A stretch of DNA of 64,000 bases from assembly GCA_043228905.1 (NCBI GenBank), contig JBHGNT010000001.1:22196001-22260000 (forward strand). Reading direction: 5' to 3'. The position numbers were made by a program, and so were the translations under genes. Source of the stretch: Azolla caroliniana (taxonomy: Eukaryota > Plantae > Polypodiophyta). The notes beneath the pieces are model-generated. The model had not been told where the DNA came from, did not search any database, and saw only the letters and a program-made list of their open reading frames with translations. Positions 24,050 through 36,390 of the stretch are shown here, piece after piece (the stretch's first letter is position 1; each line of letters starts with the position of its first letter).

Positions 24050-26648
24050 ATCACATATCACATAGTCTTCTGTTGTTTAATCACATACGTGATTAACTAC
24101 TCACATGATTAGATATTAATTAACCCTTAGTTGATTACCCAATCATTAACAATATTGCACTAAATGTAATTTGTCATGTCATGTTGATTTCTCTAATATA
24201 ACCAAAGGAAAAGAGGAAGAATGGAGAACAAACCTGGCTTTCGATTTGTTTTGCCTTTTCAAAGTAAACTTGATCAACAGGCACCCAAAAATAATCAACA
24301 CTTGTTTCAGGTGCTTGAGTTGTTGTGTAAACCTCCTCAGTAAGATAAACTAAATAACCTAGATAGTTCAGTCCATCACCCAGAGGATTATTGTAATCAC
24401 CCACTGATAATGTTGCTATTTTGGTTTCCTCTAGACCATTGAATGTTTCAATGTCAACAACATTCAATAATTTATTGGCTGAATTTGTATATCTCTGTAT
24501 CAACATCATCAATATAAATCCAAGTGTTAATTATGACAAAAAATCTACAATTACTTAGGATGAAACAAAGAGCATTGTTTTCTTTACCGAATTACCTAGT
24601 TATAAGAATACTAATATATGAAACTTAACCAAATATAGAAATTGTTATCATTAACAAGACAATACCTATTGAATGAAGTACTACAATATGAAAGGAATGT
24701 TTCTGTACATTAGGTAAGAGATTTAAGTCAATAGTACATTGAGTACATAGTACATTCATATTAGTATGTACATAAAAAGTGAGGTTGTTGGTTCAAGTCT
24801 TCGAGCCATTACCATTGATAGGTTTAATCTAAGGTTAATAATTTGTATTTTAGTTTGATATCATGTAACCATACTTGTTTTATGACTTTGACAGTCCTAC
24901 TTTTCCACAACATTAGTGAACGTAGTAGTTGTAGCTGAACACGGGATAGGAAATGTGTTAATGGTATTGCGGCGAATGCCTTTATATTATTCCATTGCGC
25001 TAGAATCCATATGGACAAGCCACTAATCTTATGGACCAATCTTGAGTAGATAGTATAGGTAATTATCAATTACACATTATTACTAAAGATAAATTAAAGT
25101 AAATTGGGCTATACGACAAAGCATGAGAGCTTCGGATAAGGATATTATGCACATTAATTACAAAAATAGAGAAGACATTGGGAATATGGTTACCTCCCAA
25201 TTCCAAATGCCGGTGTGTGCCCAATACTGAGCAATAGTGATGTCACCAATATGAAGGTCATCATTAGCATTTCCACCAATGCCATAGTGTAAAACTCCTT
25301 TCAAATTGAAGTATGTGATCAAGAGTTGCGTGGTGATTGCAGTATTCAACTAAAACAATCCAAAAGCATAAACAAAAAGGTAAGCATGGTTCTGTGTTAG
25401 TCACGAATATACCAATCTGAACCTTTACGAGAATCAATAACATTATATATCCTGACTTGATTTATACACATTGATGAGAAAATGTGACGGGAAATCATTA
25501 AAATATTGCATGTACGGGGAGCGGATTTCTACCAATTACTTTAATGGCGAAGGGTCTAAATTTGAATAAAAGGGTGAAACAAGAATACTTTTAAATTCTA
25601 GATATGGATTGATTGAATGTTTACTAATTGGTCAACTTTGAGAGATAGAAATACGTACTCATTGTACAAACTTCAAAGTGTGTCCCTATAGAGAAATTAA
25701 ATAATGTGACACGTTTGATGCATTAAAAAAGAGATCAGTACTCCAATCTCCATACACATAATAAATTGAAAATGATTATATAGAGAGGGAGGAGAAACAA
25801 GTTATAGAGTAAAACAATAATGTTATGGAGGTAGCGTACATATAAGTCCGCACGTGCTAAACGGTAAAAAGAATAACAAGCTCCATATGAAGTATAAGTG
25901 TGTATACATACATATATGTACATAGATAGTGAAAAAAGGTAAAAATGAGTAACAAGTTCCATGTGAAAGGAATTCCTATAGAGAGAAAATGTCAAACGCC
26001 CATTTTATGAGCACATATAATGCAGAGATAAACAAGTCAACACGGTCAACACACAAAAAGGGGCCCTCATGAAGTCATAGTGCAATAGTACGAATTAAGT
26101 TCTAAAAGAACACTTTAACATATTGGGAAATGCCTTAGATTTGAGCATGTTTGATATGGCGTTTCATACCAAAAGATTGAATTGCAGCATTACATGAATG
26201 TGGAAACTTGCAATTTGAGAATTGCAAGGAAAATCACCCGTAATGAGGTTGTGATAAGAATTAAAGCAATATCTACTCCAACAATTGATTGTTAGTGTCT
26301 TATAATAAATAAAGGAGTGGTTGTATGAAGAGACTTATTTGTAAATGTTTTGGAATAATGGCATATTCCTAATGAAAATGAAGAAATACACTAGTGAATG
26401 TCTGAGCTAGCATGTGATTAGTTTATTTACTTTTTTGTGATCTTTGCACCGGAGCGAGCCAATTAAGGTTACCAGGAGGAGTCGGCAGTGGTTCGGCCCA
26501 AGCCTCAATAGAGCCATTTTAACCATTAAACAGTTTGGCGGTTTGGGAGTTGGGTTTGGCTTGCTTCAGGCTTGAGGTTTCTTAACCGGTTTGAGCTCTA
26601 CTTGGCGGGCTCAAACTGGTTAAGCCAGTTAAGTCATTTTACATATTT

Positions 26649-26700
<52 letters not shown>

Positions 26701-27331
26701 GTTGAGATTGTATTAAGAGATAAGGTGCTGATTAATTACCATGCCAAGTCCCGACAAGACCAGGATGACCCTCTGCCCTTCAATCTCCCCCACGTAGAAC
26801 TTTCGCCCTGCCAATCAATCAATCAATCAACTCTTGCTCAGTAAATTACGAGTATGAGTCATTAATGCTAGCTAATTCAGGTAGAAACACACAGCAAGAA
26901 CCCAATTTGCACACAGAGAATTGAGTGGAGAGATCACTCAGAGAATGGGGAGACTGAATTGGTTGTGGAGGGAGGGAGTATACACCAGTATGACTCGTAT
27001 GCACCCGATGAGTAGATGAGACGGCATTGTGAATAATTCAGCTGCAGATTATTAGATTGATTATGTGAGTGAGAGTACCTGAGATGACTATCGTTGAGTG
27101 ATTGGAGGTGGAGGTACTGTCTTGGGTGAAGCTATCCATCTCTAGGAGGGGTTGCAGCTCAAACAAATTGGGGACAACAAGGCCCAAGTATGGGCCCAAA
27201 GTGTTTATGGCTGTCACGCCGGCCAACACTTCTGAATTGATGGCAGCATGGGATAGTATTGGTGTGAGCCACAATCCCACCATTATTACCACCACATTCA
27301 TCCCGGCCACATGTCGTCCAAATGCGCCCAT
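22007..27331 (-). CDS. Bark-storage-protein-like / nucleoside phosphorylase (PNP_UDP_1, MTA/SAH-nucleosidase-like) family protein, 358 aa, 6 exons
   Basis: Exons 27331-27079, 26807-26740, 25349-25194, 24494-24234, 22892-22713 and 22165-22007. All introns are GT-AG, phases are consistent and the total is 1077 nt. Motifs: hydrophobic N-terminal signal, GPYLGLVVPN, SGLGMLNTAITTQLL, VLHYGIGGNAN, IFVDNAAYR, IDMESASVA, FRALSDLAGG. Confidence 0.93.
22713..22892 (-). CDS. BSP-like gene exon 5
   Basis: HLDLQYCTNESTCL..DMESASVAL flanked by AG/GT. Confidence 0.92.
23090..23640 (-). mobile_element. Decayed copia integrase fragment in intron 4
   Basis: The minus strand reads IHLDVCNPM..LGDASNFVTFIDD at about 23360-23445. 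Confidence 0.65.
23664..24151 (+). mobile_element. Copia LTR in intron 4 (family of 38374 and 52551)
   Basis: TGTTGAGATATCAAGCTCA...ATTAACA, collinear with 38374-38843. Preceded by a PPT-like tract; no TSD. Confidence 0.85.
24234..24494 (-). CDS. BSP-like gene exon 4
   Basis: RYTNS..FWVPVDQVYFEKAKQIESQ flanked by AG/GT. Confidence 0.9.
25194..25349 (-). CDS. BSP-like gene exon 3
   Basis: LNTAITTQLL..HTGIWNWE flanked by AG/GT. Confidence 0.92.
26654..26697. repeat. (GA)~22 microsatellite in intron 2
   Basis: Visible directly. Confidence 0.95.
26740..26807 (-). CDS. BSP-like gene exon 2
   Basis: GRKFYVGEIEGQRVILVLSGLGM flanked by AG/GT. Confidence 0.9.
27079..27331 (-). CDS. BSP-like gene exon 1 (signal peptide)
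   Basis: ATG at 27331; donor G|GTACT at 27079/27078. Confidence 0.88.
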
Positions 27332-27437
27332 TTCGACAAGTCTTTGGCTCTCTCTTTCTCTATCTTTCTCTCTCTCTCTCTCTCGCACACTCCCTCGCTC
27401 GCTCGCTCACTCTCTTTTCTAGAGGTTTTTAAGCTTC

Positions 27438-27444
27438 TTTTATA
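27438..27444 (-). promoter_or_regulatory. Candidate TATA box of the BSP-like gene
   Basis: TATAAAA about 110 bp upstream of the ATG, ahead of a GA-rich putative 5'UTR. Confidence 0.55.
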
Positions 27445-28482
27445 GTTTTTTCAGCTTTTGCATTGGGTTTTGTATGCCTAGTTGAGAGCTCTCTAAGAGC
27501 TATAACTTAGATATTTGTTCACTAACAAATAGTTTGGATATAACCCATCTATTTATTGAGTCTAAGTTTAACTAAGCATAGCTTAGATGAAACTAAAACA
27601 GTCAGTCTATGTACATATATGGTACATATAATATTTAAACCTAATTCATCATCAAAAATCATATTTTATATTTTATATACATTATCTTTACACAATGAAT
27701 AGATTGCCTCATTTCATAACGTTCCAAAATGTAGCATGGCCTTATGGACCTCCAATTTCTTCTTTCTCATTTACTTAGAATATGTGAAACATTTTTCCTT
27801 ACATTGCATGTCACATCTAATGCCTTGGATATTACAAACTTCCGTACAAACTTCATAAAACCGTATGGGGGTTTATAATTCATCACATGTGGATATTAAA
27901 TTTAGTACTTCAAGAAAAAGGGTTTTCAAATATAAAAAAGACCTGCCATGTTTGTCCTCCATGGGTTTCTCGCCTTCATCTTGGTGTACTTTTGGGTACA
28001 TGACACCTTGGGAGTCGGGACAATATTCATACTAATCATAAACATCCCCCATTGCTACTAGTAGAGTCATCCTTTATGGTTGTCATAATGCACCTATTTT
28101 GATACTATATTTATTTGACCATATCCTTTGCCTCTCCATCGACATACTCCAAAATTTCATTGTTGGCATTGTTTGAGAATGCAAAAGATATCTTCACGAA
28201 CTTAGCCTCCATCTTTGTCATCCTTCTAGAATTGTGAGAGCAATGTTGGTGCTAATACTTCTAGCTTGGATACATGTAATGCAAATTTGCAAGGGCATCA
28301 TGAGCTTAAGTTGATCTACACTATGGCACTTGTTTATGAGATGAGGATATGGTATTAAATTCAGAGCGTGCTTTAATTCTTACTTCCTTTTAACCTAGAT
28401 ATCATATGGGTGAATAACGTTTCGAGCTTGCTAGTCTTATTGAAAAGGTAAAACATTGCCTCCCAAGTCAGTACATTAACAC

Positions 28483-29200
28483 TTGTACAATATTGTCGCT
28501 TGTCCCAAAAAGGAACGAATAAATGGATCTATAAACTCTAGAAGAAAGAATTGCCCTCATACTCGCTTATGGCTTATTGCGCACAGATCCTTGCCGGTAG
28601 GGGCGTGCGCTACATGCCCGAATGTAGACCCTAGATGTAGTGCATGTGGACAATTAGAAAGTATTTCCCATTGTCTATGGGAATGTCACGAGGCAACGAC
28701 AATATGGGAAAGGGCATTTACGATTACTATGTCATGCCTCTCGCTCATTTACCCTCAAATGGGGACATGCTTGTTGGAATTGTCTTGATGATGATGTGAA
28801 GAAATTTGATAGCACATGCAAAGCAATGTACAGAGACGAGAATGGAACTATTCGATGATCACTGATAACATGGCACCTACAATTAATGCCCAAAAGCATA
28901 AAATTGGAGATCAGATATGGATGTTGCTTGCACCCATTATCATATGGAGCATATGGATGGCAAGATGTACCAAGGTATTTTCAGCAAACAAACGGCCTCC
29001 AACAAAATCTATTAAGCTAATATGACACACATTAATAACTACATTAAGGGCACAATATGAGCGGATTGATGGGACGGATGATGCTTCAAAACTACATCGA
29101 TGGCCGAATTTCAGAAAACGTTGGTCTACCACACCGATGGCTGCAGAAATTGGAATGGATATACGTTGACAGTATGTAGTGCCCGGGTGGTTGTTCCCCC
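28483..29200 (+). mobile_element. LINE ORF2 C-terminal (zf-RVT-like) remnant, copy 1
   Basis: LWLIAHRSLPVG..CSACGQLESISHCLWEC..IW and IIWSIW.ARC..VF. Other copies start near 31965, 35662, 41360, 45021 and 61991. Confidence 0.75.
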
Positions 29201-29219
29201 CCCTCCCTTTAGATTAAAT

Positions 29220-30417
29220 TGAGGAGAATCGCACTCGGCCACAATTGAGTTTCAAACTTTAATGGCAGAATAACAGAGAATAGGAACAATGCACTTACAC
29301 AAACAACGAGATAATGCTACTAGATATTTACGTGGAAAACCTCGACATGCAAAACCACAGGAGTACACAGACTCCGAACAAGATCTCTATAGGAGAGAGG
29401 TACAAGAAGGCGAGACTTAGAGGCAATGGCCTCGAGCTCTATCTTTGCCAATCGACGGTTACAACGGAAATGCTTTTTGTATCTCTGTCACGCTCTCTCT
29501 TTGTACTATGATAACTACTAACTAATTCACTACAACTACATACAGTTATTGCCCTAGTTATATTTATACTTATATAACTTTAGGGCTATTTACAAATATG
29601 ACCTCAATAGTTACATCGGAACATATTTATTTATATGTTCCTGCTTCTTGTTCACATCGGATCCGAACGGACACCTTTTCGGATCCATCTGGTCTAGTTT
29701 CCTCCTCAAACTATACTGACAACCAGAGATCTTTGACCACTAGCATGTCCCTCATCTTAGACTTCTACACTACGTAGTTGGAGCGGGTGAGCTTGAACAT
29801 GCCACCGAATGACTCTTCCACTTTCTTCGTTTGTTTGAAGTTTAGAACTTTGCTCTGATACCAATTTGTCGAAAATCGCACTCGGCCACAACTGACTTTC
29901 AAACTCTACTGGAAGATTAACAGAGAATAAGAGCAATGCACTTACACAAACAACGAGATGACACAAGATATTTACGTGGAAAACTTGGAGAGGCAAAACC
30001 ATGGGAGTTCACAGACTTCGAACAGTATCACGATAGGGGAGGTACAACAATGGGAGACTCAAAGGCAATGGCTTCGAGCTCTGTTTCTTTCAACAGGCGG
30101 TTACAATCTCTCTCTATCTCTCTCTCCTCTTTCTCTCTCTCTCTCCCTCCCTCTCTGTACAGTGATACCTACTAACTAACTCAATACAACTACATACAAT
30201 TATTGTCCTAGTTATATTTATACTTATATAACTTTAGGATTATTTACAAATATGACCCAACTGTCACATTAAAACATATTTACTAATATGTCCCTGCTTC
30301 TTATTCACACCGAATCCGCCCGGATACCTTCCAGATCCATCCAGTCCGGTTTCTTCCTCCGACTCGTCCCGTTCGGTTCTCATCGGGATCCCAGCCGGAG
30401 GGACCGGTTTCTCAACA
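29220..30417 (-). mobile_element. Internally deleted mini Ty1/copia element, copy 1
   Basis: 5' LTR 29867-30417, PBS TGGTATCAGAGC 29852-29863, about 140 bp of gag start, truncated 3' LTR 29220-~29700. Confidence 0.85.
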
Positions 30418-30552
30418 GAAAGAGGGCCATGAATGACATGAGATACATAGTGAACAAACATGTGGGCTATTGAGTGTAAGATAAATAAGTGATGTCGCCC
30501 ATATGGAAGTACATAATGCAGATTATTAGATTGATTATGTGAGTGAGAGTAC

Positions 30553-30805
30553 ATGAGATGACTATCGTTGAGTGATTGGAGGTGGAGGTACTGTCTTGGG
30601 TGAAGCTATCCATCTCTAGGAGGGGTTGCAGCTCAAACAAATTGGGGACAACAAGGCCAAAGTATGGGCCCAAAGTGTTTATGGCTGTCACGCCGGCCAA
30701 CACTTATGAATTGATGGCAGCATGGGATAGTATTGGTGTGAGCCACAATCCCACCATTATTACCACCACATTCATACCGGCCACATGTCGTCCAAATGCG
30801 CCCAT
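30553..30805 (-). pseudogene. Duplicated exon 1 of the BSP-like gene with a premature stop
   Basis: 253-nt copy. Codon 34 is GAA->TAA (30704-30706), the last exon base is G->T at the donor, and no exon 2 copy is attached. Confidence 0.9.
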
Positions 30806-31964
30806 TTCGACAAGTCTTTGGCTCTCTCTTTCTCTCTCTTTCTCTCTCTTTCTCTCTCTCTCTCTCGCACACTCCCTCGCTCGCTCGCTCGCTCTCTTTT
30901 CTAGAGGTTTTTAAGCTTCTTTTATAGTTTTTTCAGCTTTTGCATTGGGTTTTGTATGCCTAGTTGAGAGCTCTCTAGGAGCTATAACTTAGATATTTGT
31001 TCACTAACAAATAGTTTGGATATAACCCATCTATTTATTGAGTCTAAGTTTAACTAAGCATAGCTTAGATGAAACTAAAATAGTCAGTCTATGTACATAT
31101 ATGGTACATATAATATTTAAACCTAATTCATCATCAAAAATCATATTTTATATTTTATATACATTATCTTTACACAATGAATGGATTGCCTCATTTCATA
31201 ACGTTCCAAAATGTAGCATGGCCTTATGGACCTCCAATTTCTTCTTTCTCATTTACTTAGAATATGTGAAACATTTTTCCTTACATGGCATGTCACATCT
31301 AATGCCTTGGATATTAAAAACTTCCGTACAAACTTCATAAAACCGTATGGGGGTTTATAATTCATCACATGTGGATATTAAATTTAGTACTTCAAGAAAA
31401 AGGGTTTTCAAATGAAAAAAAGACCTGCCATGTTTGACCTCCATGGGTTTCTCGCCTTCATCTTGGTGTACTTTTGGGTACATGACACCTTGGGAGTCAG
31501 GACAATATTCATACTAATCATAAACATCCCCCATTGCTACTAGTAGAGTCATCCTTTATGGTTGTCATAATGCACCTATTTTGATACTATATTTATTTGA
31601 CCATATCCTTTGCCTCTCCATCGACATACTCCAAAATTTCATTGTTGACATTGTTTGAGAATGCAAAAGATTTCTTGACGAGCGTAGCCTCCATCTTTGT
31701 CATCCTTCTAGAATTGTGAGAGCAATGTTGGTGCTAATACTTCTAGCTTGGATACATGTAATGTAAATTTGCAAGGGCATCATGAGCTTAAGTTGATCTA
31801 CACTATGGCACTTGTTTATGAGATGAGGATATGGTATTAAATTCAAAGCGTGCTTTAATTCTTATTTCCTTTTAACCTAGATATCATATGGGTGAATAAT
31901 GTTTCGAGCTTGCTAGTCTTATTGAAAAGGTGAAACATTGCCTCCCAAGTCAGTACATTAACAC

Positions 31965-32690
31965 TTGTACAATATTGTCGCTCGTCCCAAAAAGAAACGA
32001 ATAAATGGATCTATATACTCTATAATAAAGAATTGCCCTCATACTCTCTTATGGCTTATTGCACATAGATCCTTGCCGGTAGGGGCGTGCGCTAAAGGCC
32101 CGAATGTAGACCCTAGATGTAGTGCATGTGGACAATTAGAAAGCATTTCCCATTGTCTATGGGAATGTCACGAGGCAACGGCAATATGGGAAAGGGCATT
32201 TACGATTGCTATGCCATGCCTCTCGCTCATTTACCGTCAAATGGGGACATGCTTGTTGGAATTGTCTTGATGATAATGTGAAGAAATTTGATAGCACATG
32301 CAAAGCAATGTACAGAGACGAGAATGGAACTATTCGATGATCACTGATAACATGGCACCTACAATTAGTGCCCAAAAGCAGAAAATTGGAGATCAGATAT
32401 GGATGTTGCTTGCACCCATTATCATATGGAGCATATGGATGGCAAGATGTACCAAGGTATTTTCAGCAAACAAACGGCCTCCAACAAAATCTATTAAGCT
32501 AATATGACACACATTAATAACTACATTGAGGGCACAATATGAGCGGATTGATGGGACGGATGATGCTTCAGAACTACATCGATGGCCGAATTTCAGAAAA
32601 CGTTGGTCTACCACACCGATGGCAGCAGAAATTGGAATGGATATACGTTGACAGTACGTAGTGCCCGGGTGGGTGTTCCCCTCCCTCCCA
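31965..32690 (+). mobile_element. LINE zf-RVT-like remnant, copy 2
   Basis: Near-identical to 28483-29200. Confidence 0.75.
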
Positions 32691-32701
32691 TTAGATGAAA
32701 G

Positions 32702-33925
32702 TGATGAGAATCGCACTCGGCCACAACCGAGTTTAAAACTCTAATGGAAGAATAACAGAGAATAGGAACAATGCACTTACACAGACAACGAGATAACACT
32801 ACTAGATATTTACGTGGAAAACCTCGACATGCAAAACCACAGGAGTACACATACTCCGAACAGGATCTCTATAGGAGAGAGGTACAACAATGCGAGACTT
32901 AGAGGCAACGGCCTCGAGCTCTATCTTCGCCAATCGATGGTTACAACGGAAATGCTTTTTGTATCTCTCTCATGCTCTCTCTTTGTATATGATAACTACA
33001 TTTAACTAATTCACTACAACTACATACATTTATTGCCCTAGTTATATTTATACTTATATAACTTTAGGGCTATTTACAAATATGACCTCAATAGTTACAT
33101 CGGAACATATTTATTTATATGTTCCTGCTTCTTGTTCACATCGGATCCGAACGGACAGCTTTTGGATCCATCTGGTCTAGTTTCCTCCTCAAACTATACT
33201 GACAACCAGAGATCTTTGACCACTAGCATGTCCCTCATCTTAGACTTCTACACTACGTAGTTGGAGCGGGTGAGCTTGAACATGCCACCGAATGACTCTT
33301 CCACTTTCTTCGTTTGTTTGAAGTTTAGAACTTTGCTCTGATACCAATTTGTCGAAAATCGCACTCGGCCACAACTGACTTTCAAACTCTACTGGAAGAT
33401 TAACAGAGAATAGGAACAATGCACTTACACAGACAACGAGATGACACAAGATATTTACGTGGAAAACTTGGAGAGGCAAAACCATGGGAGTTCACAGACT
33501 TCGAACAGTATCACGATAGGGGAGGTACAACAATGGGAGACTCAAAGGCAATGGCTTCGAGCTCTGTTTCCGCCAACCGGCGGTTACAATCTCTCTCTCT
33601 CTATCTCTCTCTCTCTCTCTCCTCTTTCTCTCTCTCTCTCCCTCCCTCCCTCTCTGTACAGTGATACCTACTAACTAACTCACTGCAACTACATACAATT
33701 ATTGTCCTAGTTATATTTATACTTATATAACTTTAGGATTATTTACAAATATGACCCCAACTGTCACATCGAAACATGTTTACTAATATTTCCCTGCTTC
33801 TTATTCTCACCGAATCCGCCCGGATACCTTCCAGATCCATCCAGTCCGGTTTCTTCCTCCGACTCGTCCGATCCACTCGTTCGGTTCTCATCGGGATCCC
33901 AGCCGGAGGGACCGGTTTCTCAACA
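32702..33925 (-). mobile_element. Internally deleted mini Ty1/copia element, copy 2
   Basis: As copy 1. Flanks are GAAAG/GAAAT here, and the right flank is GAAAG in copy 1, consistent with a 5-bp TSD. Confidence 0.85.
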
Positions 33926-35661
33926 GAAATAGGGCCATGAATGACATGAGATACATAGTGAACAAACATGTGGGCTATTGAGTGTAAGATAAATAAGTGA
34001 TGTCGCCCATATGGAAGTATGTAATGACTACTCGATAAACGGACTAAAGTTGTGTACTCAATGACATTTTCACTAATGGAATATATTCTTTTTTGGTAAA
34101 AAAAGAATTTGATAATTGGCAAAAAGTAAATTACCAGAATATTGTCCATTGAAGGAAAATTTGAGAGTTACATAATTGGTAATATGCAATGTGCATAGAG
34201 AAAAACCCAACAAAACATGTCCATGGCCAAGCTAAAGCATGATAAGAACATATCAATAAGAAGAGGCCACATTTGGACCTAACAATAAGAAAAAAGTGAT
34301 TGCTCGTTGCTCCACCCAATATCTTCATGGTCAAGCTAATTTGAGTGCAAAACATTCTTGACAATATTCCTATGTAAGAGGTTATGATCTTTTTGTACTT
34401 TACACTTGTTAATCTAAAACTTTCGTAATGGCACCATTATTCCATTAATTTGGTACTTAGGTTTTATAGTGTCTACCTCAATTGTAATTTTCTTTACAAA
34501 TTGGAAGCCATTCAATTTCTGCATACTTTTTGCATTTTCAACAATTTTTTATTTACTTGCACCTTCTAGCTATGGTTTCAAGATGGCTTATATATCCAAC
34601 CCTTTTCTTCTTCTAATTCTAAGAGTAACATAGACTTCATCTAAGTTCATGCCTCTTCAAATCAAGCATGAGACAAAAAATTCATAATGGTAACCGTAAT
34701 GCCTTTTTCCTAAGGGGTTTTTAAGGTGATTTTGAGTTTTTTTATAAGGTTTCCTATGCCTAATATTCTACTTTTCAAGATTTAAGTTGACACTTGTGCA
34801 CAACCTAATTGTTGGATATAATAAATATGGCTACAGGTAGAGGATATGATATTCACCAAATTCATCATATACTATATTTGATATTTTTATTATCATTAAA
34901 CAATGAATTTCATGAATTTTCTATAAAATTTGATATTAATAATAGAATGTAGTATCTCCTTCTCGGTGGATCTCTTGTTTCTCCTTTATCATTTTCTTAG
35001 AATCTATGAATTGTTTTTTTCAGTACAAACTTTATAAATCCGTATGGGGGTTTATAATTCATCACATGTGGATATTAAATTGAATACTTCAAGAAAAAGG
35101 GTTTTCAAATGAAAAAAAGGCCTGCCAAGTTTGTCCTCCATGGGTTTCTCGCCTCCATCTTGGTGTACTTTTGGGTACATGACACCTTGGGAGTCGGGAC
35201 AATATTCATACTAATCATAAACATCCCCCATTGCTACTAGTAGAGTCATCCTTTATGGTTGTCATAATGCACCTATTTTGATACTATATTTATTTGACCA
35301 TATCCTTTGTCTCTCCATCGACATACTCCAAAATTTCATTGTTGGCATTGTTTGAGAATGCAAAAGATTTCTTGACGAGCTTAGCCTCCATCTTTGTCAT
35401 CCTTCTAGAATTGTGAGAGCAATGTTGGTGCTAATACTTCTAGCTTGGATACATGTAATGTAAATTTGCAAGGGCATCATGAGCTTAAGTTGATCTTCAC
35501 TATGGCACTTGTTTATGAGATGAGGATATGATATTAAATTCAGAGCGTGCTTTAATTCTTACTTCCTTTTACCCTAGATATCATATGGGTGAATAACGTT
35601 TCAAGCTTGCTAGTCTTATTGAAAAGGTAAAACATTGCCTCCCAAGTCAGTACATTAACAC

Positions 35662-36390
35662 TTGTACAATATTGTCCCTTGTCCCAAAAAGAAACGAATA
35701 AATGGATCTATAAACTCTATAAGAAAGAATTGCCCTCATACTCGCTTATGGCTTATTGCGCATAGATCCTTGCCGGTAGGGGTGTGGGCTAAAGGCCCGA
35801 ATGTAGGCCCTAGATGTAGTCCATGTGGACAGTTAGAAAGTATTTCCCATTGTCTATAGGAATGTCACGAGGTAATGGCAATATGGGAAAGGGCATTTAC
35901 GATTGCTATGCCATGCCTCTCGCTCATTTACCGTCAAATGGGGACATGTTTGCTGGAATTGTCTTGATGATGATGTGAAGAAATTTGATAGCACATGCAA
36001 AGCAATGTACAGAGGCGAGAATGGAACTATTCGATGATCACTGATAACAGGGCACCTATAGTTAGTGCCCAGAAGCAGAAAATTGGAGATCAGATATGGA
36101 ATTTGGTTGCACCCATTATCATATGGAGCATATGGACGACAAGATGTACTAGAGTATTTTCAGCAAACAAACGACCTCCAACAGAATCTATTAAGCTAAT
36201 ATGACACACATTAATAACTACATTGAGGGCACAATATGAGCGGATTGATGGGACGGATGATGCTTCAGAGCTACACCAATGGCCAAATTTTAGAAAACGT
36301 TGGTGTTCTACACCGATGGCAGCAGAAATTAGAATGGGTATACGTTGGTAGTATGTAGTGCCTGGGTGGTTGTTCCCCCCTTCCCATTCG
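35662..36390 (+). mobile_element. LINE zf-RVT-like remnant, copy 3 (no mini-copia after it)
   Basis: Paralog of 28483; shows the empty insertion site at about 36390-36410. Confidence 0.75.

Larger units (their letters stand above)
27044..30518. repeat. Tandem duplication unit A1 (exon 1, promoter, LINE remnant, mini-copia)
   Basis: Repeated at 30519-~34020 (A2) and 40114-~43380 (A3). Confidence 0.92.

Noticed and set aside
24760-24810. GGTTCAAGTC B-box-like motif in intron 3
   Set aside because: No A box or cloverleaf is evident. At most it is an unrecognisable SINE relic.
27332-27388. ORF-track N-terminal extension MREREREKDRERESQ
   Set aside because: It starts at GTG and is a translation of the GA-repeat 5'UTR. 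The ATG at 27331 gives a proper signal peptide.
31038-31340. 100-aa ORF repeated at 40433 (also the 33739/43098 and 34131/43490 ORFs)
   Set aside because: Recurrence is due to recent duplication. The sequence is AT-rich with non-coding composition, and the ORF is broken in copy A1.
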